Below, piece by piece: positions 19,659 to 29,471 of a stretch of 64,000 bases of DNA (within the stretch, counting starts at the first letter, position 1; the number at the start of each line of letters is the position of its first letter). The notes under the pieces were generated by a model. The model worked only from the letters and a program-made list of their open reading frames with translations. It was not told where the DNA came from and searched no databases. This stretch comes from Thermodesulfobacteriota bacterium (GTDB lineage: Bacteria > Desulfobacterota_D > UBA1144 > Nemesobacterales > Nemesobacteraceae): the NCBI GenBank assembly GCA_965209225.1, contig OZ242379.1:1421289-1485288 (forward strand), read 5' to 3'. Position numbers and translations under genes: made by a program.

Positions 19659-20852
19659 CTAGAAACCTGCTTCATGCAGTTTATGCCAAGGCACGATATC
19701 CCCGTCCGTACGTTGCTGAAGTTGATTTCCTCCATAGGCTATGACTATATTGCACGGACGGGATAATTCGGTTAGATGTTTGCGGACGCGTCGTACCCGG
19801 CTGAACAGACCCGAAGACCCTGTCGCCGTGGACTTGGCGTCGACAAGCGTAATGCGGGACGGGTCCTCGATGATAATATCTACCTCGGCTCCATTGCGGT
19901 CGCGGTAAAATGAGAGACCTCCGGTCTTGCCACTGTTGCTTCGGTGCTTTGTTATCTCCGAGGCTACCCAGGTTTCGAAGATCGGGCCGCGAAGCGGATG
20001 AGAGTTTAACTGTTCGGGTGTCCGGATACCCAGGAGCCAGCAGACTAGCCCTGTGTCATAGAAATGCAGCTTCGGCATCTTTACGAGTCTCTTGCGCAGG
20101 TTCGAGTGAAAAGTCGGAAGGCGGAAAACGATAAAGCTCGTCTCAAGTATGTTAATCCAGGATTTCGCACTCGGCTGCGATATGCCGCAGTCATCAGCCA
20201 GTGAGGAATAGTTGAGCAACTGCGCCGTACGCCCGGCACACAGTTGGACAAACCGTTGGAATGTAGCTATATCAGCTACGTTGCTTACTGTTCGCACATC
20301 GCGTTCCACGTAAGTGGTGACATAAGAGCGAAACCAGTCGGACGGATCAAGATCAAGATCGAATATACGTGGGTATCCGCCGGCAAAAAGGGTCTCCTCA
20401 AGACTCGGGGGATGTCTGTCGAATCGCGTAATCTCGTTGCGCGCGAGAGGAAACAGGTTATATACTGCTGTCCTCCCGGCTAAAGACTGGCTGACCGATT
20501 TGAGTAGAGAAAAGTTCTGTGACCCCGTAAGTATCCAGCGCCCCGGCGCAGGATCTTCGTCGATTATGCCCTGCAGGTAGGAGAGAAGATCAGGCGCACG
20601 CTGCACCTCGTCGATTACGCAGCCTTTTGGAAATTGAGCCAGAAACCCTCTGGGATCCTCAGTTGCGAAAGCCCGTATGTCCGGAGCCTCAAGGCTTGCG
20701 TACGGATGGTGAGCGAACAAGGCCCTGCATAATGTTGTCTTACCGCTTTGCCGGGGTCCCGTAAGCGTGATGGAGGGAAACTTCCACGCTGCTTCGATAA
20801 GCTTTGGTGCTAGGTTGCGATTGATCATAACCAGTCGCAGTCTAACTGACAA
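19659..20852 (-). CDS. AAA+ ATPase (AAA_14/DUF4143 family)
   Basis: Walker A GPRQSGKTT and Walker B VIDEVQ. Its stop codon is 11 bp from the tRNA-Asn 3' end. The true start may be the internal MINRNL. Confidence 0.65.
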   Translation of the reverse strand: MSVRLRLVMINRNLAPKLIEAAWKFPSITLTGPRQSGKTTLCRALFAHHPYASLEAPDIRAFATEDPRGFLAQFPKGCVIDEVQRAPDLLSYLQGIIDEDPAPGRWILTGSQNFSLLKSVSQSLAGRTAVYNLFPLARNEITRFDRHPPSLEETLFAGGYPRIFDLDLDPSDWFRSYVTTYVERDVRTVSNVADIATFQRFVQLCAGRTAQLLNYSSLADDCGISQPSAKSWINILETSFIVFRLPTFHSNLRKRLVKMPKLHFYDTGLVCWLLGIRTPEQLNSHPLRGPIFETWVASEITKHRSNSGKTGGLSFYRDRNGAEVDIIIEDPSRITLVDAKSTATGSSGLFSRVRRVRKHLTELSRPCNIVIAYGGNQLQQRTDGDIVPWHKLHEAGF

Positions 20853-20860
20853 TCTAGGCT

Positions 20861-20901
20861 ATTTCAAATTCTTTTTTTGAAATAGCCTAGATCCTGCTTC
20901 A
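20861..20901. promoter_or_regulatory. Perfect 16-bp inverted repeat (ATCTAGGCTATTTCAA-n9-TTGAAATAGCCTAGAT)
   Basis: It lies between the stop of the 115-aa ORF and the start of the ATPase ORF. It could be a terminator-like hairpin or an operator palindrome. Confidence 0.5.
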
Positions 20902-20909
20902 GGAGTTCT

Positions 20910-21257
20910 CTAGATCAGATAGTAAATCAACATGAAGAGGTACCGCATGTTCGGGCTTGACTTGTGAGTCTCGAGCCTTGCCGAGAGATCCCCTATGCCG
21001 CCGAAGAATGAGTCATTATAGACTTCTGCTACTCTTTTAAACTCATCGAACTTGATAAGCGGCGGTTCGCGAACGGCAAGCGGCCGCACGTTTTTCTCGG
21101 CGGAAGTTATCCTGATTCCGTCACCTTCTGTAGTGGCCAAGAACCATCGCTGGGAGTCTTCGAGCATAAGCTCTATTCCGCCTTCGGTTTTCTGTCTAAG
21201 AATTTCCCACTCTTCTTCCTTGGATTCGCTGAAAGGTATTTTTCTGTCTGCAAGCAT
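20910..21257 (-). CDS. Hypothetical protein
   Basis: 115-aa ORF with no recognisable motifs. Confidence 0.35.
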   Translation of the reverse strand: MLADRKIPFSESKEEEWEILRQKTEGGIELMLEDSQRWFLATTEGDGIRITSAEKNVRPLAVREPPLIKFDEFKRVAEVYNDSFFGGIGDLSARLETHKSSPNMRYLFMLIYYLI

Positions 21258-21325
21258 TTTTTCTCTCCGACAAGATTATTTTTAAGGTTCTATTCTACCC
21301 CATGTCGAAAAAATATATAATCCGG

Positions 21326-24073
21326 CTAACCGAGAAGCGGTCTCAGGTGCTCTCCGGTATAAGAGTTTTCTACCGAAGCAACCTGTTCCGGAGTACCGGA
21401 GGCCACTATGCGTCCCCCGTTATCTCCTCCCTCAGGTCCGAGGTCAACTACATAATCCGCGCATTTTATCATCTCAAGGTTGTGCTCTATGACTATTACG
21501 CTGTTGCCGGCGTCGACAAGCCTGTTAAGAACGTCGAGGAGTTTTCCTATGTCGTCGATGTGAAGTCCGACCGTGGGTTCGTCAAGGATGTAGAGGATGT
21601 TGTTTTTTTCTTTTTTTGAGAGTTCCCGGGCTATCTTTATCCTCTGGGCCTCTCCTCCCGACAGTGTTGTTGCGGGCTGTCCGAGCTTCAGATAACCGCA
21701 TCCGACATCCTTTAGAACCTTGAGCTTTCTGGTAACGGCCAGGTTTCCCGAGAAAAACCCCATGGCCTGATCGACGGTGAGGTTAAGTATGTCGTCTATG
21801 TTTTTCCCCTTGTACCTGTAGGCCAGTACATCTTTTCCAAACCTTTTTCCTCCGCATTCCTCGCACGTCACCATGACGTCGGCGAGAAAGTGCATCTCGA
21901 CCCTGTGACTTCCCTCACCCATACATTTCTCGCAGCGGCCTCCCCTCACGTTGAAGGAAAAATGCGATGGGGTAAGCTTGCGGAGTTTTGCCTGGTAGTG
22001 CCCGGCGAGGATTTTGCGTATGTCGTCGTAAACCTTTATGTAAGTGACGGGATTTGATCTCGAGGTTCTTCCTATGCTCGCCTGATCAAGAATTATCACG
22101 TCGTCTATATACTCTGTGCCTTCTATACGTTCGTGTTTTCCGACCTTTTCGGCTTTCCTCCTGAATTTCCTTAGAAGAGCGTTATGCAGGATGTCGTTTA
22201 CAAGCGAGCTTTTCCCCGAACCCGATACCCCGGTTACGCACGAGAGGGTTCCAAGGGGAAAACGGACGTTTATGTTCTTGAGGTTATTTTCGCTCGCGCC
22301 GATTACGTTTATTGAATTGCCGGTGGTTTCTCTGCGGGAACCGGGAACTTCTATTTTCTTTTCGTTTGCGAGGTATTTTTTCGTGGTCGAGTTCTTCGCC
22401 GAACGCAGGAAACTCTTCAGGGTTCCCTGGTACACGACCTCCCCCCCGCCGTCTCCCGCCCGGGGACCGAGTTCCACTATGTAGTCTGCGGATTTTACGG
22501 TGTCAAGATCATGCTCTATGAGTATGATGGTGTTGTTTCTTCCCCGGAGTTCTCTTATCAGCGAATTGAGGCGGCTCATGTCTCTTGCGTGCAGACCGAT
22601 CGAGGGCTCGTCCAGAATATACAGAGTCTCGGTAAGCCGCGAACTCATCTGGCAGGCGAGGTTTATCCTCTGCGCTTCTCCACCCGAGAGAGTACGGGTG
22701 AGCCTCGAGAGGGTCAGGTAATCAAGTCCCACGTGGATAAGAAAATCAAGCCGTGAGTCTATTTCCTTTATTATGTCGGAGGCGATCTCCAGTTCATAAG
22801 CGGACAGGGTCAAGCGGTCAAACCAGGACTTCAGATCCTTTACGGACATCTGAGAAAGTTGGAATATGCTTTCCCCCTCTATCCGCACATTAAGGGCTTT
22901 TTCCTTGAGCCTGCTCCCCCCGCAGTCCTCGCAGGTAAACGCGGAGCGGTATCTCGAGAGAAAAACCCTTATGTGGGTTTTGTAATTTTTCCGCTCAAGT
23001 CTTTTGAAATACCCTTTCACGCCGTAGTAGTACTCGTCTCCGTTTAAGACGAGATCTTTTTCCCTTGCCGAAAGTTCCGAGAAGGGTCTCTGCGTATCTA
23101 TTCCCGCCTCCTCGGCGGAGGCAAGCAACTTTCTCATCTGTTTTCTGTAGGAAGTTTTCGTGAAGGGTTCTATTGCCCCTTCGGCGAGGCTGAGACCGGT
23201 GTCCGGAACAAGGAGTTCGGGATCGATTTCAAGGTTTTTTCCGAATCCGCTGCATCGTTCGCAGGCACCGTAGGGACTGTTAAAGGAAAACGTGTTCGGC
23301 GTGGGTTTTTCAAACGCGATGTCGCAGAGATCACAGCGAAGTTCTTTTGAGAAACGCAGGCTCTGCCCTGGGACGATGTGTACAAGCGCGCGGCTGCTCT
23401 CGGAAAAAGCGGCCTCGAGCGCTTCTGTAATTCTCGATTTCGACCGCTTTTCTATAACGGTTCTCGCGGTGACTAGCTGGGTCTTTGCGTCCGGATCCTC
23501 CGAGCTTTTTTCCATATCCCGGGTCTTTCCGTTCCGGTAGGTACGTGAGTAGCCTTTTTTCATATATTGTGAAAGATCCGCTCCCTCTTCGGTCTCAAAG
23601 CAGATGACGGCTCTTTCCCCCGGGAATTTTTCGAGCAGCAGCCGGGCGAGGGACTGTGGAGAGTGTTCCATCACTTCCTCTCCGCATTCCGGGCAGCGGG
23701 TTTTTCCGATTTTCGCGAACAGAAGTCTTGTGTAGTCGTATATTTCGGTTGTGGTGCCTACTGTGGAACGGGAATTTATGACGTTGTTTCGGCTTTCGAT
23801 AGCTATCGGGGTCGGGAGACCTTCTATGTCGTCCATCGCGGGGCGCTCGACTTTTTCTATAAACTGTCTCGCGTAGGTTGAAAGGCAGTCGATGTACCTT
23901 CTGAGCCCTTCCTTGTAAACGGTGTCAAGCACGAGAGATGACTTGCCCGAACCGCTGAGACCGGTCACCACCGTGAACCTGTTTTGAGGGATCAGGACAT
24001 CTATGTTTTTCAGGTTGTTTTCCCTGGCGCCTTTTATCTCTATGTATCTGTTTCGTCCAGCGGTCTTCGACAT
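21326..24073 (-). CDS. uvrA: Excinuclease ABC subunit A
   Basis: Two ABC ATPase modules with zinc-finger insertions, starting MSKTAGRNRYIEIKGARENNLKNI. The ORF-track N-terminal extension to 24112 reads through a C11 tract and is probably not translated. Confidence 0.88.
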   Translation of the reverse strand: MSKTAGRNRYIEIKGARENNLKNIDVLIPQNRFTVVTGLSGSGKSSLVLDTVYKEGLRRYIDCLSTYARQFIEKVERPAMDDIEGLPTPIAIESRNNVINSRSTVGTTTEIYDYTRLLFAKIGKTRCPECGEEVMEHSPQSLARLLLEKFPGERAVICFETEEGADLSQYMKKGYSRTYRNGKTRDMEKSSEDPDAKTQLVTARTVIEKRSKSRITEALEAAFSESSRALVHIVPGQSLRFSKELRCDLCDIAFEKPTPNTFSFNSPYGACERCSGFGKNLEIDPELLVPDTGLSLAEGAIEPFTKTSYRKQMRKLLASAEEAGIDTQRPFSELSAREKDLVLNGDEYYYGVKGYFKRLERKNYKTHIRVFLSRYRSAFTCEDCGGSRLKEKALNVRIEGESIFQLSQMSVKDLKSWFDRLTLSAYELEIASDIIKEIDSRLDFLIHVGLDYLTLSRLTRTLSGGEAQRINLACQMSSRLTETLYILDEPSIGLHARDMSRLNSLIRELRGRNNTIILIEHDLDTVKSADYIVELGPRAGDGGGEVVYQGTLKSFLRSAKNSTTKKYLANEKKIEVPGSRRETTGNSINVIGASENNLKNINVRFPLGTLSCVTGVSGSGKSSLVNDILHNALLRKFRRKAEKVGKHERIEGTEYIDDVIILDQASIGRTSRSNPVTYIKVYDDIRKILAGHYQAKLRKLTPSHFSFNVRGGRCEKCMGEGSHRVEMHFLADVMVTCEECGGKRFGKDVLAYRYKGKNIDDILNLTVDQAMGFFSGNLAVTRKLKVLKDVGCGYLKLGQPATTLSGGEAQRIKIARELSKKEKNNILYILDEPTVGLHIDDIGKLLDVLNRLVDAGNSVIVIEHNLEMIKCADYVVDLGPEGGDNGGRIVASGTPEQVASVENSYTGEHLRPLLG

Positions 24074-24187
24074 GCGATTTCCCCGCCCCGGCTTATCCGC
24101 CCCCCCCCCCACGGGATTTCCCCTTTTCCCCGCGCGGCATTTGTAACGAAATTGAGGTTTGCCGAGGTTGCACTATAATAAATATGT

Positions 24188-24420
24188 CACTAGTGTCTTG
24201 ATGTTAATCAAACAATCTCAGTTGGTTACGATACACTGATTCGGGAGAGAAATCCACTGGTTTTGTAAGTAGTTCATTTAACGGCATTTTTTCAAACAGA
24301 TTGACGCTTAGAATCTGCAAAATTGTGTAGAGGCTAACCTCAAGATTAAGCCGCTTTCTGATCATGACGACAAGTACATACACTGACACCGTACGACGAT
24401 CCTATACTAAATAGAGGCAG
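24188..24420 (-). mobile_element. Truncated right-end fragment of the IS4-family element (partial copy of 13454-14784)
   Basis: 24188-24210 is the reverse complement of the IS4 right end (cactagtgtcttgatgttaatca). The 61-aa ORF at 24204-24389 is homologous to the transposase C-terminus. Confidence 0.65.
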
Positions 24421-24446
24421 TAATTTTATTTAAAGCCTGTGGTGAG

Positions 24447-25418
24447 TTAAAAAAGATCACTGGCTTTTTCCCATGATTGCTGGTATAACAGTAATCATGA
24501 ACAAATCACCTGAACAACTCATTTCCCCCAAGCTCCGCTTGCGGGACGTCATTGTAAGACCAGCCAGTCCCGATGAATTCCCCTAGTGGGACAGGCTCAT
24601 GAACGAACATCACTATCTCGGCTTCAAAAAATTTGTAGGCAACCACATTCGTTACGTAGCCGAGCATAAAGGAACCTGGCTCGCTATCGCCGGATGGCAT
24701 ACAGCCGCCTTCATGTGCGCCCCCCGAGACCGATGGATAGGGTGGAACCGGGACTGCCAGTTCAAAAACCTCCACCTTATAGCGAATAACACGCGGTTTC
24801 TGGTGCTGGCCCAACAAGGGGGTATCCCCAACCTGGCCTCTTTTTTCATGGGAGCCATGACAAGACGCATAAGCGATGACTGGACGGAACGCTTCGGACA
24901 TGAACTGCTCCTTGCCGAGAGCTTCGTAGACCCCGGGCGCTTTTGTGGAGCTATGTACAAAGCGTCTAACTGGATATGCGCGGGCGCTACCAGGGGATTC
25001 CCGCAGCAACGGACGTTACAGCAAGCATAACGGGAATCCGAAGAAGCTCTATCTTTATGAGCTGCGCAAAAAATCAAGAAAGATGCTTCGCAATGCCGAC
25101 ACGCTGGGAGAGCGCTACAGCGCGAAAGGGATGCGCACCCGCCGCTCCGACAAGGAGTTGAGGTCTCTTTATGAGGAGCTTGAGTGTGTGGGGGATTTCC
25201 GCAGAGCTCAGGCATTTTACGCTCAACAGGGAAGAGGCTTTCGAGGCTGTGCTCTCGGGTTAGGGCTATCCCAAGTTCGTCAGTTGTTGTGCAAATGAGT
25301 CTCTGGTTGGCCATAAAAGGTACGTAATTCCAGCCCAAATCCCGTTTTTTGCTACCGTACGGGATGATTTTGACTGATTTTCAGTCATGAAAGGGTTTGT
25401 TGTTGGGAATTCAGGCTA
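24447..25418 (+). mobile_element. IS-like element remnant encoding a frameshifted DUF4338-like protein
   Basis: The left part duplicates, inverted, window positions 1-123. The right end is ttgttgttgggaattcaggcta. The ORFs at 24599-25030 and 24945-25298 are in different frames. Confidence 0.55.
24599..25298 (+). pseudogene. Frameshifted DUF4338-like gene
   Basis: The N-terminal 143-aa ORF and the 117-aa continuation ORF are offset by one frame and overlap at 24945-25030. Confidence 0.45.
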
Positions 25419-25895
25419 GGGGGGGGGGGATATCGGACTTTATGGCGGAGATAACGGTGGCCAACTGGCGCATGGGTTCGGGGAGGTCGTCGAGGTTTTC
25501 CTTGAGCGTGGGGAACAGTTCCTGTTGCAAACAAGCGTGGAACCTGTATAATGCAGGAGTGCGTGGGACATGGTGTTTCTCCTTCCATATTATGGATTTT
25601 GGATAACCTGTAGTATGCCGTGAAGGAGGCACCATGTCTTTATTTTGCCCCTTCATTTCAAAGAAATTCACTCGCCTTAAGAATTTTGCAAGAGGTTCTA
25701 TAGTAAATAAAATCTGACAGATTCAAGCAAAAAAGAACCTTTCTTATGTATCTAACCTACTTTCCGCACAAAAAATATTCTTGTTTTCCCGATTTTTTGC
25801 TCTGTAACTGACTCATATTCCTGACAGTTTTTTTACGCCTTTCTACCCTTTTTTTCTCTCAACTCCTTTTTGCCAGGAATTTTCCGTACAAAACC

Positions 25896-26273
25896 CTATT
25901 TCAACCAGTCTTTCTTCTCGGTCGAACTGCTTATTACCTCCGCCTCAAGCTCGTCAATTTCCGCCTGAATCGCTTTCTGAACTGCCCTGAGCTGCTGGCG
26001 GTACTTGCGGAACCTTCTTCTGTTCTCCGTCATGCTTTTAACCCACTGCACTTCTCCCTTCGCAACAGCTCTGGACTTTGAACTGGAACCCTGGAAAAAA
26101 ACTATACGATCCAACGGATGACCATCCCCCCTCGCACACCAGCAGTTGGGCTTCCCGCACTTGCGATAAACAGTGCTGAACGAACCCCTGATCATCCCTC
26201 TGATTCCGACAATGGAGTTCAGCAGTTCAGCGTGTCTTAGTCCCAGCTGTTCAATCTGTTTTATTCTTGACAT
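25896..26273 (-). CDS. Small zinc-ribbon (CGKPNCWC) hypothetical protein, divergent from the IS1634 transposase
   Basis: 125-aa basic protein with a CxxC pair. Its position suggests it is an IS accessory gene. Confidence 0.35.
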   Translation of the reverse strand: MSRIKQIEQLGLRHAELLNSIVGIRGMIRGSFSTVYRKCGKPNCWCARGDGHPLDRIVFFQGSSSKSRAVAKGEVQWVKSMTENRRRFRKYRQQLRAVQKAIQAEIDELEAEVISSSTEKKDWLK

Positions 26274-26306
26274 CTGTACTTGGTATAGTATATATAATGT
26301 ACAGAT

Positions 26307-27986
26307 ATGTCAACCACTCTCAAACGAACGCGTATCGGTGAAATCCCCCTGCTTCAGCATGTGGTTCGACGACTCGGGCTAGACCGCCTGCTGCGCTCTT
26401 ACATTCCGCCCCACGGCAATGAAACCTATCCAGCGGCCGACACTCTTTTGCTTCTGGTGTTCAACATCGCAAGCGGTCGCTGGCCCCTGTATGATCTCCG
26501 ACGCTGGACCACGGACATTGACGGTCGGTTACTGGGACGTAAAAGCGCTTTGCCCGAGGAGGTGTTTAACGATGATCGTTACGCAAGGGCTCTTGACAAG
26601 CTCTTTTCTGTTGACAGGGCCTCTTTTCTTACAGACTGCACGCTTGGAGTGGTTCGCTCAACGGGTCTTGAACTCTCACAGCTTCACAATGATTCCACCA
26701 CGGTTAAAACAACGGGGAAGATGCCGCAGAGAACCCGAAGTGGTCTTTCCTTTGAATACGGACACAGCAAGGACCATCGTCCTGATCTCAGGCAGATAGT
26801 GTTCTCCCTCACGATTTCCGCGGACGGGGCAGTGCCTGTTCACTGCAAGACCTGGCCCGGCAACCGCACGGACGACACCACTCACATTGAGACCTGGACA
26901 GTCCTGCGCGACATGGCGGGGAGAAGTGATTTTCTGTATGTGGCTGACTGCAAGCTGTGCACGGAGAAGCAGCTTTCATTCATAGTGGGCAACGGGGGCA
27001 GGTGCGTGACGATAATTCCGAAGACACGGGGAGAGGTGAAGAAGTTCAAAGAATCCATGAGGGAGAATCCCAGGGGCAAGGAACGTATTATGCGCAGGCC
27101 TGTGTCTGGTCGGGATGGGAGTTTCGAGACTTTCTACAGGATCAGGGGAAGTTATGAGACAGACAAGGGTGGTTACGGGGTTCACTGGATATATTCAACG
27201 GAGAAGAGAAGACAGGACAGCGAACAGAGGGAGCGGCGGATGGATGAGGCTTCCCTGGCTCTTGCTGACATAAGCGGTCGGTTAAACAAGCGCAGGCTCA
27301 AGACGAAAGAGCAGATTCAGGAAAGGGTAGAGAAGATACTGAAGAAACATGATGTCAAGGCTTTTTACGACGTTACGATAGAGCAGTACGAAGAGGTTAC
27401 GCGGAAGCAGAGAGGAAGAGGACGTCCTGGGAGGGGGACAGCGTACAGGGAGGAATCAAAGACGGTGTATTCGCTTAGCTGGAGGAGGGACAGGGAAGCT
27501 CTTGAGAGGGAGAAGAATGTTGACGGCTTGTTTCCGTTGCTGTGTACGGACAGAGAGATGGGGGCGAAGGAGGCTCTTTTGGCGTACAAGTATCAGCCGA
27601 GGCTTGAGAAGAGGTTTGAGCAGTTAAAGAGCGTGCATCTTGCGGCTCCCACATTGTTCAAGAAGACAAGCAGGGTGGAGGCCGTGATGTTTCTGTTTTT
27701 CATGGCTTTGATAATACAGGCGGTAATAGAGAGGGAGGTGCGCAACTCCATGAAGGCCAGGGAGATAGACGCCATAGCGGTTTATCCTGAGCATCGTCTT
27801 GCGTATCATCCTACGACTGCGAAGATAATTGAACGGTTCCATGACACGAGCGTGTATCGTGTTATGCGAGGGGATGAGGTTGAGACGGAGTACCGCGACG
27901 ATCTCTCAGCTGTTCAGAAGGAAGTGCTTGAGCTGCTGGGGATGACGGAACAGGACTACTGGGACAGTCTTGTTCCTCAGCAGTAG
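26307..27986 (+). CDS. IS1634-family DDE transposase
   Basis: 559 aa with a DUF4277-like N-terminus and the HSKDHRPDL motif characteristic of IS1634/IS1549. Confidence 0.75.
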   Translation: MSTTLKRTRIGEIPLLQHVVRRLGLDRLLRSYIPPHGNETYPAADTLLLLVFNIASGRWPLYDLRRWTTDIDGRLLGRKSALPEEVFNDDRYARALDKLFSVDRASFLTDCTLGVVRSTGLELSQLHNDSTTVKTTGKMPQRTRSGLSFEYGHSKDHRPDLRQIVFSLTISADGAVPVHCKTWPGNRTDDTTHIETWTVLRDMAGRSDFLYVADCKLCTEKQLSFIVGNGGRCVTIIPKTRGEVKKFKESMRENPRGKERIMRRPVSGRDGSFETFYRIRGSYETDKGGYGVHWIYSTEKRRQDSEQRERRMDEASLALADISGRLNKRRLKTKEQIQERVEKILKKHDVKAFYDVTIEQYEEVTRKQRGRGRPGRGTAYREESKTVYSLSWRRDREALEREKNVDGLFPLLCTDREMGAKEALLAYKYQPRLEKRFEQLKSVHLAAPTLFKKTSRVEAVMFLFFMALIIQAVIEREVRNSMKAREIDAIAVYPEHRLAYHPTTAKIIERFHDTSVYRVMRGDEVETEYRDDLSAVQKEVLELLGMTEQDYWDSLVPQQ

Positions 27987-28187
27987 GAATGATGATTCCG
28001 GAATGCGGAAATTCGGAAAAACAAGGAATTTTTTTCCGCGGAAAATAGGATCTAAGTTATTTCATTAGGGGATTTTGTTGTATACTAGTCAAGGCTGGAA
28101 AAACGGAATAAATGTTTCCTTTGACCAAAATGAAGAGGTGTGGCGTTCCTTACATGTCCAAGAACTCTTGTTCTGGTCGGATTTATT

Positions 28188-29471
28188 ATGAGCAGGCGTC
28201 ATGAGACAGGACTTCATCGCAAGAATGAATATCCTATAGTCTATCTGGACTATGCTGCCACAACTCCTGCTGACCAATCCGTCATTGATATCATAATCCA
28301 ACATCTGGGATTTGAAGGTGTCTTTGGCAATCCTTCTTCGCAATCTCATCAATTCGGAAGAATGGCAGAAGAAGCAGTGGAAATAGCAAGATCTCACTTA
28401 GCTAAGTTGATCAACGCAGACCCTGTAGAGATTGTTTGGACATCTGGAGCAACAGAATCCATTAATTTAGCCATAAAAGGGGTGGTTTACGGACGTTCTG
28501 GCCGAGGTGCCCATATTGTAACTTCAAGCCTTGAGCACAAAGCGGTTCTTGATTCTTGTGCTTATTTGGCCAGTAAAAGGTTCGAAATCACCTATGTCGC
28601 CCCGGATCAGCATGGGATAATTTCACCAGAAAAAGTCGGTGAAGCACTTAGAGATGATACCGTCCTTGTATCCCTTATGCATGTGAACAACGAGGTAGGT
28701 ACCATCACGGATATTGACGCAATAGGTCAAATTACAAGGGATAGAGGGGTCCCATTCCATGTAGACGCAGCACAAAGTTCTGCGCGATTACCCATTGATG
28801 TAAGCGAGATACCAGTGGATTTTATTTCGCTTAGCGGTCATAAGATGTACGGTCCCAAGGGTGTCGGAGCACTATATATCAGAAAGCGATCAGGTATAAG
28901 CATAGAACCTCAAACGCACGGCGGTGGGCAGGAGTCTGGCATACGTCCAGGAACTCTCCCCACACACCAATTGGTCGGCATGGGAGAAGCGGCTCGATTG
29001 GCAAAACAACGTCTATACCAAGATGCAAAAACTATTGCTGCCCTTGATAGATATTTGTTGGATAGCTTAGCGGATATTGAGTCGGCTATATTGAACGGCA
29101 ATCAGACACACAGGGTGCCTGGGATTTTCAACATAAGCTTCGCTCATGTCGAAAACGAATCTCTTATGATGTCTCTTAAAGATGTTGCAATCTCATCCGG
29201 GTCGGCTTGTACTTCATCTCGTGTTGAGCCCTCCCATGTCTTGCTAGGGCTGGGAGTGTCAGAAGATGCTGCAAATTGCTCGATTCGCTTCAGTATTGGC
29301 AGACAAACCACTAGGGATGAAATTGATTTTGCCGCAATGCGTGTGAAGAAATCCGTTGAGTTGCTGCGTGAATTATCGCCTGAATGGCGGTCTCCTAATT
29401 CCGAGGAGCAACTTCAGAACGACAATAAAGCTAGGTCGAACATTACTGTAACACAGGAAAATGCCGTATGA
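28188..29471 (+). CDS. Cysteine desulfurase (class V aminotransferase; IscS/NifS/DndA/SspA-like)
   Basis: YLDYAATTP start, a PLP-lysine SGHKMYGPKG and an SGSACTS active-site Cys loop. The stop overlaps the next gene's start (ATGA). Confidence 0.8.
   Translation: MSRRHETGLHRKNEYPIVYLDYAATTPADQSVIDIIIQHLGFEGVFGNPSSQSHQFGRMAEEAVEIARSHLAKLINADPVEIVWTSGATESINLAIKGVVYGRSGRGAHIVTSSLEHKAVLDSCAYLASKRFEITYVAPDQHGIISPEKVGEALRDDTVLVSLMHVNNEVGTITDIDAIGQITRDRGVPFHVDAAQSSARLPIDVSEIPVDFISLSGHKMYGPKGVGALYIRKRSGISIEPQTHGGGQESGIRPGTLPTHQLVGMGEAARLAKQRLYQDAKTIAALDRYLLDSLADIESAILNGNQTHRVPGIFNISFAHVENESLMMSLKDVAISSGSACTSSRVEPSHVLLGLGVSEDAANCSIRFSIGRQTTRDEIDFAAMRVKKSVELLRELSPEWRSPNSEEQLQNDNKARSNITVTQENAV

Noticed and set aside
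24652-25338. 228-aa minus-strand ORF rich in Cys/Ser/Ala
   Set aside because: It lies entirely antisense to the DUF4338 remnant, has low-complexity composition and no motifs. It is most likely a shadow ORF.
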